DNA of 64,000 nt, taken from contig NW_026782376.1 in the NCBI RefSeq assembly GCF_031769215.1, forward strand, positions 682,001-746,000. Direction: 5' to 3'. Positions 61,423 through 64,000 of this stretch are shown here, piece after piece. Each line of letters begins with the position of its first letter. The first letter of the stretch is position 1. The stretch comes from Ylistrum balloti (Eukaryota). The notes under the pieces are model-generated. The model ran no database searches, had not been told where the DNA came from, and saw only the letters and a list, made by a program, of their open reading frames with translations. The position numbers and the translations under genes are program-made.

Positions 61423-62019
61423 CTGAAAATAAAATACGGAGTATATAATACAAAAATCAAACTTCATCTTCTTTACATTTAGAATTCTACAAAAGCTTGT
61501 CTTTCAACCTGGTTTGATGATATAGAGTAACATTTCCACAAAAATTCTATTGTCTCCAAACTTTTGATCAAAATTATTTACCATCTGACACACTGTGCCA
61601 AACATTTGCCATTTATGAATGTTATGTTATTTCTCATTCAGTTGTTGAATTGCAGTTAAAATTTTGACATGAAAAGGAGTAACAAAGAAGAAAAATGTGA
61701 ATGTCAGGAGAAATGATCAGGTGGAGATAAATGCAGTGACATTACAATCTTATCAATTTTCCTTGGGTGAGGGGTGATTTTTGTGTTGATATTTCGGGTA
61801 TGTTTAATCCACAAAGTAATATGTCAATGAATGTTGAGTACAACTTCTATATAACGATGTTTATCAACCACATGAAGCGTCCACAAAATTGTGATTAAAA
61901 AAACTACTTATTCCACACAAATTTTACTCAAGTTATTAGGAGTTACGTCATATGCCTTTTCTCAAAAAGTCAGACTACACATTAGATTTGGCTAAATACT
62001 GTTATCTCACAAGGTTCCA

Positions 62020-62500
62020 TGTTGAACAGGTAAATTTTACCATGTCCTTAAGTGTCAAATATTGTAAAATCTAACTGGTGTCAGATTGGCAAGTTAACTT
62101 CTGATTGAATACTTCAAATATTGTATATCTCACAAGGTGTCAGATTGAACAGGTAAATTTTTACCAAATACATAAAGTGTCGGATAAAGTAAATCTTACA
62201 AGGTGTCTAACTGAACAGGCAAATTTTGACCAAATGATTTATGCGATATTACTTATCTTGCAGGTTGTCAGATAAGACAGGTAAATTTTGACCAAATGAT
62301 TTATGCGATATTGCTTATCTTGCAGGTTGTCAGATAAGACAGGTGAATTTTGACCAAATGATTTATGCGATATTGCTTATCTCGCAGGTTGTCAGATAAG
62401 ACAGGTGAATTTTGACCAAATACTTTAAGTTTCAGATATTGTAAATCTCACAAGAATCAGGACGGACAGGTGAATTTTGACCGAATATAAGTTTCAGGTA
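62020..62500. repeat. Degenerate about 62-bp tandem repeat; three near-perfect copies at 62215-62420
   Basis: caggt(a/g)aattttgaccaaatgatttatgcgatattgcttatcttgcaggttgtcagataaga repeated. Confidence 0.8.
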
Positions 62501-63371
62501 GTTAATCTAAAAGGGTGTCAGAATAAACAGTACAGCATTCATGCAGGTCTCTTTTTTAAAAAATCTCTAGCCTCTTGAAATATATGTACAGGATGCAAGC
62601 ATGTCCACATTTCCTGCTAATCAATAATTTTACTTTAAATAGTCTTTTGCAGAAATACACTGTGTGTAGCTGTGACTTGTTACAGAGATGTCCATTGATC
62701 AGACCCAGCGTGTGCATCTTAAGTAGAGGCTATTACACTTATTTACTGGTTGCCGACTCAACGGAGTATATAATTATTGATTAAAGATAAATAGTGGACA
62801 TGACTCTGCCATTACGTGAATGCCACCTCTACACAGAACAACACTGGTACAGAACAACACAGTTCACCAGACAAGCTGTTTTACAAATCATCCTATAGTT
62901 GCGCTATTGCTCTAATACTTCATATTGATTTCACTCAGCCCAAGCTGATTTTCTTTACTGTCAATAAATCTTAGGACCAAATCGGATGAAAATGTCCATA
63001 TTTATATATGCTGGTATTTAACTAGTATACTACATCTTCCACTGAACCAAGTATCAGTGCAAATCATGGCTGTATATAATGGCTGTATATAATTTGAAGT
63101 GTTCATTTATTGGGTAATGATATTTACATGTATGCTCTCATACATTAATTTCACAATTTCCCCTCACACTAAACAATTGTATATCAGGTGATGATGACAA
63201 CATAATTTCTGAACTGCAATTTACACCTTAGCTATCCAATGCTCGATGTAAAATTGTTGTGATGATGGTTATCATCGTCATCCGAAACACATCAACAATA
63301 CAAACACTAATTCATGGAATCTCTGATGTTGGTGCTACATCTCCTATTTTCTTGCTGTATTTTCTTATCTT

Positions 63372-64000
63372 GGAAGAGATCAACAAAAAGGCCTGGGAAG
63401 GTGAAGAGATCAGCGAAAAGGTCTGGGAAGGGGAAGAAATCAACAAAACGACCAGGGAAGGAAAAGAGATCAACAGAATGGTCAGGGAAGGGGGAAGCGA
63501 TCAACAGAAAGGCCTTGAAAGAAAAAGAGATCAACAGAAAGGTCCGGAAAGGGGAAGAGATCAACAGAAAGGCCTGGGAAAGAGAAGGAATCAACAGAAA
63601 GGCCCAGGAAAGGGAAGAAATCAACAGAAAGACAAAGGAAGGGAAAGAGATCAACAGAAAGGCCCAGGAAAGGGAAGAAATCAACAGAAAGACAAAGGAA
63701 GGGAAAGAGATCAACAGAAAGGCCCAGGAAGGGAAAGAGATCAACAGAAAGGCAAGGGAAAGGGAAGAAATCAACAGAAAGGCCCAGGAAAGGGAAGAAA
63801 TCAACAGAAAGACAAAGGAAGGGAAAGAGATCAACAGAAAGGCCCAGGAAGGGAAAGAGATCAACGGAAAGGCAAGGGAAGGGGAAGAAATCAACAGAAA
63901 GGCCCGATTAGGGGAAGAGATCAACAAAAAGGCCGGGGAAGAGAAAGAGATCAACAGAAATGTCAGGGAAGGGGGAAGGGATCAACAGAAAGGTCTGGGA
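63372..64000. repeat. 30-bp purine-rich (+ strand) minisatellite running off the window end
   Basis: Unit approximately aagagatcaacagaaaggcccaggaaggga, more than 20 variant copies. Confidence 0.92.

Noticed and set aside
63307-63954. 215-aa hydrophobic ORF as a membrane protein
   Set aside because: Translation of a 30-bp pyrimidine-rich minisatellite, with no credible start or splice context.

Overview
AT-rich eukaryotic (animal) genomic DNA with GT-AG introns. It is most likely a bivalve mollusc, which I infer from the repeat families and base composition and have not proven. Three spliced protein-coding genes could be rebuilt by hand with consistent intron phases. (1) The last four coding exons of an R-spondin gene (+, 402-9974; FU1, FU2, TSP1, basic tail). 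(2) A complete 14-exon IQANK1-like gene (+, 18039-28382, 578 aa). (3) The 3' 18 exons of a FAM135A/B-like gene (-, 61422-40793, about 1200 aa), convergent with IQANK1. Most ORFs in the supplied track are spurious or are exon fragments. There are also an internally deleted mariner, a Penelope-like RT fragment, MITEs, SINE remnants and several minisatellites. The most striking observation is in FAM135, where three unrelated tandem arrays are each built from one of the gene's own exon-intron junctions. Each unit holds 28-29 nt of intron plus about 18, 36 or 36 nt of exon. One array gives a row of ten in-frame 36-nt micro-exon candidates, six of which keep both AG and GT. The other two give rows of duplicated or disabled 5' splice sites. 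No CRISPR arrays, rRNA or intact tRNA genes were seen.
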